A stretch of DNA of 56,036 bases from a virus (taxonomy: Duplodnaviria; Caudoviricetes): positions 1-56,036 of the IMG/VR virus record IMGVR_UViG_3300002894_000009; one strand, written 5' to 3'. Position numbers and translations under genes: made by a program. Below, one piece after another: positions 1 to 9,376 of this stretch (position 1 is the stretch's first letter; every line of letters starts with the position of its first letter). The notes beneath the pieces were generated by a model that was not told the DNA's origin, ran no database searches, and saw only the letters and a list, made by a program, of their open reading frames with translations.

Positions 1-732
1 TCAGACGATCAGCCCGCGCCTGAACCCCTCGGCCACCGCCTGGGTGCGCGAGACGCAGCCGAGCTTCACCCGGGCCGAGCGCAGGTGGAAATCGACGCCG
101 TGGCGTGAAATCCCCATCAGCTCACCGATCTCCCAGTCGGTCTTGCCCTCGGCGACCCATTGCAGGCTCTCGCGCTCGCGCGGGGTCAAACCCATCCGCC
201 GCTCGCTGGGGCCGTTGTCGATGAGCAGCGTCTGCCCGACCACGTAGGAGGCGATGAGGGTGAGCATGCCGCGCTGTCCCGGGCTGATATCGAGCTGCCG
301 GCCGGCGAAGGTCAGGCCGCCGCGCTCCTCCTCCAGCGTCGCGAGCGGCACGGTGAAGCCGTCGCCGAGACCGAACTCGACCGCCTCGTTCATCACCTGC
401 AGCGCCTTCGGATCCTGGAGGCCCGCCGGATCGATCTCGGACCAGCGGAAGCCGGTCGTGCTGGACAGGGTCGCCTGCACGATCGGGTCAAAATACATGT
501 AGCCTTTCGAGAAGTAGAGGCGGTTCCATTCGTCGGAGGTGTTTTCAAGTATAACGAAGTTCTTCTGGGTTCGTGCCGGAAGCCGCTTCTGCGGGATCAT
601 CGCCGAGATGACGTATTCGATCCCCATCGCATTGAGCCGGGGCATGATCGCCCGCAGGATGTCCTCGCGCGAATGCGCTCGGTCGAGCGACTTGAGGATT
701 TCCAACGTCAGGTCGAGCGATTTTCTGGACAT
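1..732 (-). CDS. LuxR-family transcriptional regulator with autoinducer-binding domain (host gene; no luxI in window)
   Basis: 243 aa; W-x3-Y...DP...W motifs in N-terminal domain, C-terminal LuxR HTH (LTPRERESLQWVAEGKTDWEIG). Confidence 0.92.
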   Translation of the reverse strand: MSRKSLDLTLEILKSLDRAHSREDILRAIMPRLNAMGIEYVISAMIPQKRLPARTQKNFVILENTSDEWNRLYFSKGYMYFDPIVQATLSSTTGFRWSEIDPAGLQDPKALQVMNEAVEFGLGDGFTVPLATLEEERGGLTFAGRQLDISPGQRGMLTLIASYVVGQTLLIDNGPSERRMGLTPRERESLQWVAEGKTDWEIGELMGISRHGVDFHLRSARVKLGCVSRTQAVAEGFRRGLIV

Positions 733-1043
733 GGCCGGGCGAAAAAATAACTCTCACATCACGATAAGTCGCTCGGCCGCCCTTGAGAAGGGCAATGAGA
801 GATTTCGTTTAGGTTGCCATGCCGAGCCCGCTGCGCGGTGTCCCGACGGGGAGCCCGGCCCCGCCTCGCCGACCGTACTGCTTGAGCCGGTGCTGCCAAG
901 CAATGCGCTGGATCAAATTGCACCGGGAGACAGGCCCGGTGCGCAGGCCGCGTCCGCATCGCGCGGAAGGGCACGCAGAAGGGTGCGGAAGGGGTTGCGC
1001 TGCCCGAAGCGGACCGCTATGAGCCGCGAGCCCGTACGGGCAT

Positions 1044-1120
1044 CGGAGTGTAGCGCAGCCCGGTAGCGCACCTGTCTGGGGGACAGGGGGTCGTCGGTTC
1101 AAGTCCGGCCACTCCGACCA
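1044..1120 (+). tRNA. tRNA-Pro(GGG), prophage integration target
   Basis: CGGAGTG acceptor stem, anticodon arm CCTGT-CTGGGGG-ACAGG, T-loop GGTTCAAGTCC, encoded CCA end; 77 nt. Confidence 0.97.
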
Positions 1121-1121
1121 T
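1071..1121 (+). repeat. attL core (51 bp)
   Basis: CCTGTCTGGGGGACAGGGGGTCGTCGGTTCAAGTCCGGCCACTCCGACCAT identical to 54930-54980. Confidence 0.97.
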
Positions 1122-1146
1122 TACTTGCCAATGACTTAGGGCAGGC

Positions 1147-2223
1147 TCAGCCCTTCGCCCCTCCGCCGTTTTGCAGAGCGTTTTGCAAGTTTCTGTTCCG
1201 GCGGTGTTCGTCGAGCTTCGCGATCGCCGATTCGGCCAGCGTCCGGGTTCGGGCCAGATACCGGTCCAAGATCTTCTGCGCGTGCGCCTGCGAGTGACCC
1301 GTGATGGTCGCGATTTCCGGCACCGTGCAGCCTGCCTCCGCCAGCATCGTCACCGCCGTTCCGCGCAGGTCGTGGAAGTGGAGATCCTCGGCGATCTTCG
1401 CCTCCGCGAACGCCTCGCTCCACAACTCGTGGAAGCGCCGCTTGCGCCAGGCCGCGCCGCGCGGGGCGACGAGGATCGTGGTTGCGCGACGAGGTGCCGC
1501 GTCGAGCGCCGCCTTCAAGGCACGGGTCGCAGGCACGTAGACCAGCCTGCGGCTTTTGCTCTGGCTGCGGACGGTCACCGCCGTGCCGTCCCATGCCGAC
1601 CACGGCAGCATCAGAAGGTCGACCTGACGTTGTCCGGTGTGGAGGGCGAGCATCATCGCTAGCCGGATCTCGGGCGAGGCGACCGCCTCGAATGCGGCGA
1701 CGTGCTCCGGCATCCAGATCATTTCGGCGCGGTCTGAGCGGTAGGCGCGCTCGAAGTTGGCGACCGGGTTATGCCGGATGTGCCCGCGATCGACGCCCCA
1801 AGCGAAGACGCGCGCCAGCCGCCCGAGCTTCGCGTCGGCCGCCTTCGGGTGCTTCTCGGCGAGATTGTCGTGCCACTTCAGGAAGGCGGGCCGGCTGCGC
1901 GGGTTCTCGACGATGGTCAGCAGCGTCGAGCCCCATCGCTCCTCGCACGCCTTCAGGTCATAGGCGGCGCTCTCTCGCGTCTTGGCGGCGAGTTCGGTCC
2001 AGGCCCGTGATTCCCGGTACTGCCGGATCAGCCATTCGACGGTGCCCTCGCTGCGCGCCAGGGCCGTGTTGCGGACCGCGTCCTGAAACGAGCGGATGAA
2101 CTCGGGCGTACCGGGGTCACCGACGAGCTTCGTGCCGGTGGCGCGATGGTAGTGGTAGACCTTCTCCGTTCCGTCGGCGAGCTTCGCGCGGACGGTGTTG
2201 ATGCCTCGCAGCCTAACCCGCAT
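1147..2223 (-). CDS. int: Tyrosine integrase
   Basis: HTGQR, HFHDLRGT, TGHS and terminal Y catalytic motifs; adjacent to attL; start chosen at MRVRLRG. Confidence 0.95.
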   Translation of the reverse strand: MRVRLRGINTVRAKLADGTEKVYHYHRATGTKLVGDPGTPEFIRSFQDAVRNTALARSEGTVEWLIRQYRESRAWTELAAKTRESAAYDLKACEERWGSTLLTIVENPRSRPAFLKWHDNLAEKHPKAADAKLGRLARVFAWGVDRGHIRHNPVANFERAYRSDRAEMIWMPEHVAAFEAVASPEIRLAMMLALHTGQRQVDLLMLPWSAWDGTAVTVRSQSKSRRLVYVPATRALKAALDAAPRRATTILVAPRGAAWRKRRFHELWSEAFAEAKIAEDLHFHDLRGTAVTMLAEAGCTVPEIATITGHSQAHAQKILDRYLARTRTLAESAIAKLDEHRRNRNLQNALQNGGGAKG

Positions 2224-2506
2224 TCTCGGCCAGCCATTCGTCGATGGACGTGGTCGCATCAGAGATCAGGCCGGAACGGCGATCAAGCGCGCGATCGATG
2301 GCTCGCCGGTCCCACCGGTGCGTGCCGGTGATCGGGCCCGGCACGATGCCCTTGCGCACCCATCCGTCGAACGCCTCGACCGTCTCGCAGCCGCAGTATT
2401 CGGCTGCCTGGGCGCGGGTCAGGCACCGGGGAGCGATGTTCGCCGGCAGCCGCTTTGACCCGCTCGCCCCTCCGTTGGGGATGCCCGGCAGGCTGGCGCT
2501 ACGCAT
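2213..2506 (-). CDS. Putative excisionase (small winged-HTH)
   Basis: PRCLTRAQAAEYCG...RWDRRAID pattern; overlaps integrase start. Confidence 0.75.
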   Translation of the reverse strand: MRSASLPGIPNGGASGSKRLPANIAPRCLTRAQAAEYCGCETVEAFDGWVRKGIVPGPITGTHRWDRRAIDRALDRRSGLISDATTSIDEWLAENAG

Positions 2507-2888
2507 CTCGGCCTCGTGCGGTGGTGGTGGGTTGGATGTTGAGGAGGCCGTTCGGCGGCAGGCCGTTGCGGCTCCGGAGCAGTTCGATCCGCTCGACGTG
2601 ACGGGCGTTCCCGCGCCGCTGTGCCTCGAAGTAGCTCGCTCCGTAGCGGTCAGTCTCAATCGCGCCAGCCTGTATCGCCAAGGCGCGCTTGCTCTTCGCG
2701 ATGTCGAAATGGACCCACGAGGCGTTGCGGTGCTTGCCGAAGGACAGCGTCGCGTGCCCCTGGATCCATTTCCGCTGCACGCCGATGCGGTCCACCATGG
2801 CCAGCAACTCGTTGAGGCTGTCGGCCCAAAGGTGGCACATCATCATGTTGCCGAACGGGAAGATGGGCTGATCGACGTAGACGCCCAT
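2499..2888 (-). CDS. DUF4031-family protein
   Basis: MGVYVD...MCHLWADSLNELLAM...HFDI motif; coupled ATG at 2888. Confidence 0.8.
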   Translation of the reverse strand: MGVYVDQPIFPFGNMMMCHLWADSLNELLAMVDRIGVQRKWIQGHATLSFGKHRNASWVHFDIAKSKRALAIQAGAIETDRYGASYFEAQRRGNARHVERIELLRSRNGLPPNGLLNIQPTTTARGRDA

Positions 2889-3361
2889 CAGAAGTCCCCC
2901 GGTGCGACTTGGCAGCAGACGATGCCGCGCGAGCGCCACATCGCCACCATGGAAGCTCGATCCTCGAACACGAGCGCGGGCGTGCGCCCCTCGTCGAGCC
3001 ATTCGGCCTTGAGGACGGTGTCGGGCCGGTGGTCGCCCGCGCGGCGCGTCCGGATCGGGATGTGACCCAGCCCGTGCTCGGCGAGCCAAGCCGTCGTCTT
3101 GTCCTTCACCTCGTCGGACCGGCCGGACCAAATCTCCACCTCGGCGCCGGTGCTGTGGAGCGCCAGGAGCGTGCGGATAAGCGGGTGGCAGGGCTCGTCC
3201 CGATCGCAGGCAGCGTAGAACCCGCGCCAGTCCTTCTCCCTGCTCGGGCGATTCAGGAAGTGCGCCCGGTGATCGGTGAGGGCCAAGGTGCCGTCCAGGT
3301 CGAACACGACGAACATGCGCTTCCTCATCTGAGAGACGATCTGATCGGTGGTGGCGCTCAT
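2888..3361 (-). CDS. HAD-superfamily phosphatase (PNK 3'-phosphatase-like)
   Basis: FDLDGTLA motif I, WSGR motif II, RPDxxLK, FEDR motif IV. Confidence 0.85.
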   Translation of the reverse strand: MSATTDQIVSQMRKRMFVVFDLDGTLALTDHRAHFLNRPSREKDWRGFYAACDRDEPCHPLIRTLLALHSTGAEVEIWSGRSDEVKDKTTAWLAEHGLGHIPIRTRRAGDHRPDTVLKAEWLDEGRTPALVFEDRASMVAMWRSRGIVCCQVAPGDF

Positions 3362-3837
3362 CAGCCGTCCTTCCCGAGATACGGCAGCAGCGGCGTGCTG
3401 CTCTGGGTCTCGTGTGCAATCCGCATGGGCTCGCGCATGGCCTCGCCGAGGGTGACGCTGGAGCCCGGCGGGACGGTGTTCGCGAGGAACTCGTCCTCGA
3501 ACATGACGATGCCGACCTCGACCGCTTCGAGCTTCGCCTTGATGACGAGGGCGAGCGCCCGCCAGCTCGCGCGGCAGGCCTGCTCCCATGCTCCCTCGGC
3601 GACGTTCGCCGCCCGCGGCTTGCCGGTCTCCGTATGCGTGAAAGCGCGGTCCTTTTGATCGGGCATCGGCACCCGGAAGAGGATGCGGCGGCCGCGCATC
3701 ACGAACGAGACGGCGGCGCGCTCGTCGCTCTCCATGTGCATGAACTCGTTGGCCCCGTAGCGCCGGACGGTCGTCCGGATCTCGGCGATGCTGCGGTCCA
3801 TCGAGACCGACGTGTCGGCGGCGAAACGGCGGGTCAT
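3361..3837 (-). CDS. Phage hypothetical protein
   Basis: 158 aa, translationally coupled; WRALALVIKAKLEAVE...FEDEFLA segment. Confidence 0.7.
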   Translation of the reverse strand: MTRRFAADTSVSMDRSIAEIRTTVRRYGANEFMHMESDERAAVSFVMRGRRILFRVPMPDQKDRAFTHTETGKPRAANVAEGAWEQACRASWRALALVIKAKLEAVEVGIVMFEDEFLANTVPPGSSVTLGEAMREPMRIAHETQSSTPLLPYLGKDG

Positions 3838-4781
3838 GTCAGCACCTCGGGCATGCCGTTATGCTCCACGCCATCGAGGAGGCGGCCGGCGAGCTTCTTG
3901 CCGACGCGCGAGACGAAGGCGGCTCCGGCGTCAGGGTAGAGTTCTTCGCGCCGCGCCGGCCCGTCCGTGTGCGCCCGCAGGGCCCGCCATCCGTTCGGGA
4001 AGGCTCGCGGGTTGTTGGGATCGTCGCCGATCCACTCGCCGTTCTGCTTGTGCAGGTACGGCACACCGGCCGATGCGCAGGCGTCGCGGATGTCTCGGAA
4101 CCACTGCGGGTGCGTCGACCGGGCTGCGTGCCGCCCCTGGTCTGTCTCGCCGCCCGTGATGACCCAATCGATGCGCTCGATATCGGATGCCTTCAGGGCG
4201 TCACGCACGATCACGAAGTCGTCCGCCTTGCCGTAGATGATCCGGGTGAAGTCGATCGGACCGAGTAGCGGCTCGGCCGAGACGAAGGTCAGGGCCGGGC
4301 GCAGCTCGCGCGCCGCGTCCAGCACGTGCCGCACATTGATGTTGGCCCGCTTCTGATCCTCGCATGTGGTGCCGAGTGCGGCGTTCTCGGGCAGCCCGCC
4401 GGCAGCCTCGCACATGGCGACGATGTTTTGCGGCCGTTTCGTCAGCAGCAGCCAGAGCAGGTTCGGAGTCGCCCGGATCAGGTCGAACCACTCGCGACGC
4501 ATCGCGGGGTCAGCCCGATTGTCGAAGGGATCGCACAGGCTCGGAAAAACACGGAGCATGCGCCCTGCAGCCTTAGCCTCCCGGTCCCATGCCAGCGGCT
4601 TCCGCCAATAGCCGGCGCTGGTCCGCGAGCGCTCGCCGTGGGGCCCCCACTCGACCCGGCCCATGCGGGTGTCCATCAGGTGCTCGGCATAACAGCCGTC
4701 GCACGCCGGGCTGACCTTCGTGCAGCCGATCCAGGGTGACCACGTGTGGTCGGTCCATTCGATGGTGCTGTGCTCGGCCAT
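3834..4781 (-). CDS. DUF5131 (Gp37/Gp68) family three-Cys radical-SAM-like protein
   Basis: IEWTDHTWSPWIGCTKVSPACDGCYAE, LLTKRP, SAEPLLG, WVITGGE motifs. Confidence 0.9.
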   Translation of the reverse strand: MAEHSTIEWTDHTWSPWIGCTKVSPACDGCYAEHLMDTRMGRVEWGPHGERSRTSAGYWRKPLAWDREAKAAGRMLRVFPSLCDPFDNRADPAMRREWFDLIRATPNLLWLLLTKRPQNIVAMCEAAGGLPENAALGTTCEDQKRANINVRHVLDAARELRPALTFVSAEPLLGPIDFTRIIYGKADDFVIVRDALKASDIERIDWVITGGETDQGRHAARSTHPQWFRDIRDACASAGVPYLHKQNGEWIGDDPNNPRAFPNGWRALRAHTDGPARREELYPDAGAAFVSRVGKKLAGRLLDGVEHNGMPEVLT

Positions 4782-4786
4782 GGCGG

Positions 4787-5863
4787 TCACTCCGCGGCAA
4801 TCAGGTTGGCAGGCTTGGCGAAGTCCTCGGCGCGCAGGTGTTTGCCGTCCGGCGTCACCAGGCTGAGGATGTGCGGGACGCGGAGAACTTCGGCCTCTGC
4901 CTCTTCGCGCGTGTACCGCCCGGCAAAAGTCATATCGGCGGTGTAACCGCAGTATTGCGGGCCGTAATAGCAGTCGTTCTTGCGCGACCAGATGCGATAG
5001 ACGGGCGCCGATCCGAACGCGATCTTCTTTAGGAGTGCCGCGCGCTCGAAGTTCTCGCTTCTGACCGCGCGGCCAATCTCCCGCTCGATTTGCTTGCGGC
5101 GCTGGTCGTCATTCCTCTTCCGCCGGAGGTCTGGCGGCGGCGCGGTGAACATCTCGTACGCCGAGGCGAAGGTGACGCCGAACCGGCCGATCTGGATGGC
5201 CCAACGGTCGTTGAGCGAGTAGAACGCCCGCCCTCGCAGGACTCGCCCCTTGCTGTCGATGAACCATGCGAGCGCGCCGTGCTCTAGGAGCCTGCCGTCC
5301 GCCGCCTTGCGGCACCGGTCGCCGTTCGTGTAGCGGGACCGGCCGAGTTCGGGCACGAAATGTCCCGACTGGCGGGCATTCCGCTCGATCCATTCCGCAG
5401 CCGGCAGTTCACCTGAGCTGGCTCCGCAACGCTGGTTGCGAGGCGCCCTGACCTTCAGTTCGGCCCGCTCGCCCAGCCAATCCAGGATACGGCGGATCTC
5501 TAAGTCCATCCGCAGCCGGTCGAGGTACGGCGCCCGGCCTCGCTTGTCGAAGTCGTAGCGCCGACCGTTCCGGTTCTCCTGCTTGGCCTGTTCCGACCAG
5601 AACTCCACCTCAATGGATCGGCCGTGGCACTCAGCCTTCGCGCGCAGGTCGCCACGCTCGGCGACGCGATAGTACTTGCTGATGCAGCGGTGGCGCTTCA
5701 GCACCTCCGGATCAGCCGTGACGCGCCACCCGCGCCGCCGCATCCAAGCCGTGAGCGGCTCGAAGATCTCGGAACGGAAGGTCGGGTCGTTCGGGTCGTC
5801 CTGCCAGATGCCGATCCGCGTATCGTGGAGATTGATGTCGAGCTTGCGTGATTTGTCGGCCAT
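4787..5863 (-). CDS. Phage hypothetical protein
   Basis: ATG after the recurrent GAGTGACCGCCATG junction; 358 codons. Confidence 0.7.
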   Translation of the reverse strand: MADKSRKLDINLHDTRIGIWQDDPNDPTFRSEIFEPLTAWMRRRGWRVTADPEVLKRHRCISKYYRVAERGDLRAKAECHGRSIEVEFWSEQAKQENRNGRRYDFDKRGRAPYLDRLRMDLEIRRILDWLGERAELKVRAPRNQRCGASSGELPAAEWIERNARQSGHFVPELGRSRYTNGDRCRKAADGRLLEHGALAWFIDSKGRVLRGRAFYSLNDRWAIQIGRFGVTFASAYEMFTAPPPDLRRKRNDDQRRKQIEREIGRAVRSENFERAALLKKIAFGSAPVYRIWSRKNDCYYGPQYCGYTADMTFAGRYTREEAEAEVLRVPHILSLVTPDGKHLRAEDFAKPANLIAAE

Positions 5864-5868
5864 GGCGG

Positions 5869-6294
5869 TCACTCGGCTGCGAGGGGAAGGACGGGGGCAG
5901 CAACGAGCGGCTGCCAGCGGATCAGCACGCCCTCGAAGGCGATGCGGTCGCCCTCCTCCGGCGGGTGCTCGGCCCACCAGAAGCGAGCCATGTCCTCGAT
6001 GCTCTCGAAGCCGTCCTCGCGCGCGAAGGCCTCCATCCGGGTCGGGCTCAGCAACTCGCCGCCGACCTCGAAAAGCTCGGTTGCGCTGCGCTCCGAGAAG
6101 CACAGGCGCACCGGCATGACGGAGAGGCAGGTCGGGCGGCCGAGGAGCGTGCAATGCCGCGTCCGCATCCCGGTGTAGAGCTGAAGCTCCTCGCCTTGGC
6201 GGGCGTGGCGCTTCCGGTCCGCGCGGATCGTCTGCGCCTTCGTGCCGGCGAGGATCGGCGGGCCGAACCGCTTCTTGAAGCTGTAGGCGACCAT
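5869..6294 (-). CDS. ASCH-domain protein
   Basis: F-x3-F...ILAGTKAQTIR...LQLYTGMRT, AREDGF motifs. Confidence 0.75.
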   Translation of the reverse strand: MVAYSFKKRFGPPILAGTKAQTIRADRKRHARQGEELQLYTGMRTRHCTLLGRPTCLSVMPVRLCFSERSATELFEVGGELLSPTRMEAFAREDGFESIEDMARFWWAEHPPEEGDRIAFEGVLIRWQPLVAAPVLPLAAE

Positions 6295-6299
6295 GGGCG

Positions 6300-8489
6300 T
6301 CACTCCGCGGCGAAAAGGGGCATGGGCTCGGCAGCGGCGGCCGAACGGGGCGGGCGCATCTCGTCCTCGCGATAGTTCGCGGCGACGATGGCCTGGGCGA
6401 CCTGCGGGCAGACGGAGTTCCCGCACGCCCGGCCCTGCTGCTCCAGTGTGAGCGCGATCTGGGAGCCGTCTTCCAGCTCGCCGCGATCGATCACGTAATC
6501 GGCCCGGAACCCCTGTGCGTTGAACCGCTCGCGGGGCGTCAGCATCCGCATGCCGATATCGACGATGGCGTAGGGCTGGCCGTTCACGGTCACCGTGACG
6601 AGGCCGTGCCGGGGCTTCGCGGTGACGGTGTGCAGCGGCTCGTCGGCCGGCTGCGAGGGCAGGCCCTCCCCGTAGTATTTCGCAAGGAAGGCGTAGACCG
6701 CCGCGGCGTGGTTGCCGCCACCGGTCACCGTCGGCGCGGGCGCGTCGACCGGTCCGTCCCGACGGTCGGAGCCGCGCAGGTTCAGCATGTGGGCGGCGAC
6801 GATGCCCTGCTGGCAGCCCTTGCCGGTGATCGTCGAAACCGGCTCCTCGACCGACTTCGCGGGCTGGCCCGGATGCGATCCGGCGGTGTGCTGAGCGACG
6901 AAGGCCGCGACGAGGGTCTGGTGTCCGCCGGCGGCGGTGATGGTCGAGACGGGCTCGCGCGCGTCGGTGCCGGGCTTCGCCGCGCCGTTCCGCTCGGTGT
7001 TGTGCTGCGCCAGGAACGCGGCGACGACACCGGCCTTGCCCGCGCCGCCGGCCGTGATGGTGCCGACAGGCTCCTCGGCGGCCGATCCGACGGAGGCGCC
7101 GAACTGCCGGGTGAGATGGACGGCCGCAAGGCTGCCCTCGTTGCCGGTCGGGACGATGACGGGCGCCGGCTCGTCGATCGCACGGGCGCGCGGGTCCTGG
7201 CCGGGCCGCTCGCCGTAGCGGGGCACGAGGTAGCCGGACACGAGGGCCTGCGCGCCCGCGGTCGTGATCGTCGAGACCGGGGCGTCCGCGGGGTGAATGC
7301 CCTTGCGCGCCGCGTCGCCGCTGGTCTGGTCGACACGGATCAGGTGCGGGGCGACGATGCCGAGAGGTGCCGCGCCGCCGCCGTGCGTCTCGCTGTGATG
7401 GGAGGTCACCGTCGCGAGCGGCTGCTCCATCGCGTGGCCGGTGGCGCCGCGATTGAACTTGGTCACGAAGGGCGCGACGATCGCGTTCTGATCCTTCGGC
7501 GAGGCGCAGAGCGTGTGCAGCGGGTCGGCGGCATCACGGTTGCCGCCGCCCTGCTGGCCATAGGTGACGAAGGGCGTCACCAGGGCCTCGCCCCGGCTCG
7601 CCGTCATCGTGTTCAGCGGCTCGTCGAGCGGGTATTCCCGGCGCCCGCGGCTGTCGCCGTGGTTCACGCTGACGAGGAACGGCCGCACCGCGTTCACGAC
7701 GTAGCGCATCGTGCCCTTGGCGATGCGGGCCATGGTGGCGTCAGCAAGCGGACGGTTCGCGCGGATGTTCCAGCGCGCCTTGATCTCGGCGGAGGTCTCG
7801 AAGATCGACGGGCACGGGAGCGACCAGTCGATGATCTCGGCCGCGGTCCGCCAAGGCTTCAGCAGGCCGGACCGCACCGCCTCGGACTTCGGGTCGCCGT
7901 GCGTCGGCGCCGGCCACTCGATCGGGCGACCGTCGCGGCGAGCGACGAGGAACAGGCGCTTCCGGATTGTCGGTGCGCCGTAATCGCAGGCCCGCAGCTC
8001 GCGCCACTCGACCACGTAGCCCATCGCCTCGAAGGCCTGCACGAAGCTCTTGAAGGTCGCGCCGCGCTGGAGCGGGCACGGCTTGCCGTCATCGAGGAGC
8101 GGGCCCCAATCCTGAAACTCTTCGACGTTCTCCAGGGCGACGACTTTGGGCCGCTGCCACTTCGGCAGGCTCTTGATCCAGCGCACCCCGACCCACGCCA
8201 GGCCGCGGATCGCCTTCTCGCGCGGCTTGCCGCCCTTCGCCTTGCTGAAGTGCTTGCAGTCGGGGCTCATCCAGAGGAGCCCGACGGGTCGGCCGGCGCA
8301 CATGGCGCGGGCGTCCACGTTCCAGACGTCCTCCTCGATGTGGTGCGTGTCCGGATGGTTGATCCGGTGCATGGCGAGCGCGATCGCATCGTGGTTCAGG
8401 GCGAAGTCGGGATCCCGGCCGATCGCGGCCCGGATGCCCTCGGACGCGCCGCCGCCGCCCGCGAAGGAATCGATGATCAGGGGGCGCAT
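6300..8489 (-). CDS. DNA (cytosine-5) methyltransferase with repeat-expanded variable region
   Basis: DSFAGGGG (I), SPDC (IV), LENVEEF (VI), RKRLF (VIII), RMLTPRE (IX), GNSVCP (X). Confidence 0.93.
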   Translation of the reverse strand: MRPLIIDSFAGGGGASEGIRAAIGRDPDFALNHDAIALAMHRINHPDTHHIEEDVWNVDARAMCAGRPVGLLWMSPDCKHFSKAKGGKPREKAIRGLAWVGVRWIKSLPKWQRPKVVALENVEEFQDWGPLLDDGKPCPLQRGATFKSFVQAFEAMGYVVEWRELRACDYGAPTIRKRLFLVARRDGRPIEWPAPTHGDPKSEAVRSGLLKPWRTAAEIIDWSLPCPSIFETSAEIKARWNIRANRPLADATMARIAKGTMRYVVNAVRPFLVSVNHGDSRGRREYPLDEPLNTMTASRGEALVTPFVTYGQQGGGNRDAADPLHTLCASPKDQNAIVAPFVTKFNRGATGHAMEQPLATVTSHHSETHGGGAAPLGIVAPHLIRVDQTSGDAARKGIHPADAPVSTITTAGAQALVSGYLVPRYGERPGQDPRARAIDEPAPVIVPTGNEGSLAAVHLTRQFGASVGSAAEEPVGTITAGGAGKAGVVAAFLAQHNTERNGAAKPGTDAREPVSTITAAGGHQTLVAAFVAQHTAGSHPGQPAKSVEEPVSTITGKGCQQGIVAAHMLNLRGSDRRDGPVDAPAPTVTGGGNHAAAVYAFLAKYYGEGLPSQPADEPLHTVTAKPRHGLVTVTVNGQPYAIVDIGMRMLTPRERFNAQGFRADYVIDRGELEDGSQIALTLEQQGRACGNSVCPQVAQAIVAANYREDEMRPPRSAAAAEPMPLFAAE

Positions 8490-8941
8490 CAGGCGGCTTT
8501 CCTCGGGCGATAGGTCTGGGCGTGCTTCGTGACGTCGGCGTAGGAGGCGCCCTGGAGCGCCCGCCACGCGTGGCGGCACCATTCGAGGTTGAAGCGGTCG
8601 ATCGCGGCCTCGTCCGCCGGCAGCCGCAGCGCATGGGCGAGGAAGGACGCGACGCGCTCCTCGGCGATGGTCCGACCGTTCGGGCAGTGGCGCAGGGCCT
8701 CGCCGATCAGCCGCTCGACCTGGCGCTCGCGCAGCATCGCGCGGGCGTTGCGGGTCTCGGCGCCGGCCGGGAGCCCGACCGACGTGCCGTCCTCCGCGCA
8801 GAGGGCCCACGCCTCGGGGCAGACCGTGCAGGCCCAGACCTGGGCGTCGCGCAGGTCCGGCTCACGGGCACCGGCCTCGCGACCGGTGATGCGCTCGCAC
8901 TCGGTGCCGCAATCGGCGCAGTAGATGCCGAGGGCTCTCAT
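8489..8941 (-). CDS. Zinc-finger protein (DUF3268-like)
   Basis: CADCG...WACTVC...GLPA...R-x2-R pattern. Confidence 0.6.
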   Translation of the reverse strand: MRALGIYCADCGTECERITGREAGAREPDLRDAQVWACTVCPEAWALCAEDGTSVGLPAGAETRNARAMLRERQVERLIGEALRHCPNGRTIAEERVASFLAHALRLPADEAAIDRFNLEWCRHAWRALQGASYADVTKHAQTYRPRKAA

Positions 8942-9375
8942 GCAGCCCTCCGGTCGAACGCGAGATCGGAGGAGCCGCGATAGGCGGCGACGGCCTCGTC
9001 GAAGCGAATGACGCTCTCCGGATGGAGCCGCCAGCCGCGCCCATAGATCGTCTCGACCTGGATGCGGGTCTGCGCCTCCATCAGTCGGCGCCGAACCTTG
9101 CACAGGTAGACGTCGAGGATCTTCGGCTCTGGCGGCTCGTCGCTCAGACCGTAGAGGGCGATCATCATCCGCTCGCGGTGAACCATGCCCGGAGCGGCGG
9201 CGCGCAGCGCATTGAGGAAGTCCGCCTCCATGCGACTGAGGCGCCACGCTGCCGGCAGGACGATGGTCGGGCGCAGCAACTCTTCGAGCTGGCGGACCTG
9301 CTCGCGGAGGGTGTCGCGCTCTTCGAGGAGCGCGATTACCTGGTGCCGCGAGAGATGGTGGGTGTGCATGTTCAT
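8938..9375 (-). CDS. OmpR-type winged-helix regulator, CtrA DNA-binding-domain-like, lacking receiver domain
   Basis: [25 protein letters not shown]...[11 protein letters not shown] resembles CtrA [24 protein letters not shown]...IETVWGRGY; N-terminal coiled coil instead of REC. Confidence 0.8.
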   Translation of the reverse strand: [145 protein letters not shown]

Positions 9376-9376
9376 C

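Noticed and set aside
1-732. Quorum-sensing control of the prophage by the adjacent LuxR
   Set aside because: The gene is outside attL and no lux-box-like site was recognised in the prophage; adjacency alone is not evidence
6600-7650. CRISPR-like or DNA tandem repeat array
   Set aside because: Periodicity is at protein level within the methyltransferase; no identical repeats with spacers seen anywhere in the window
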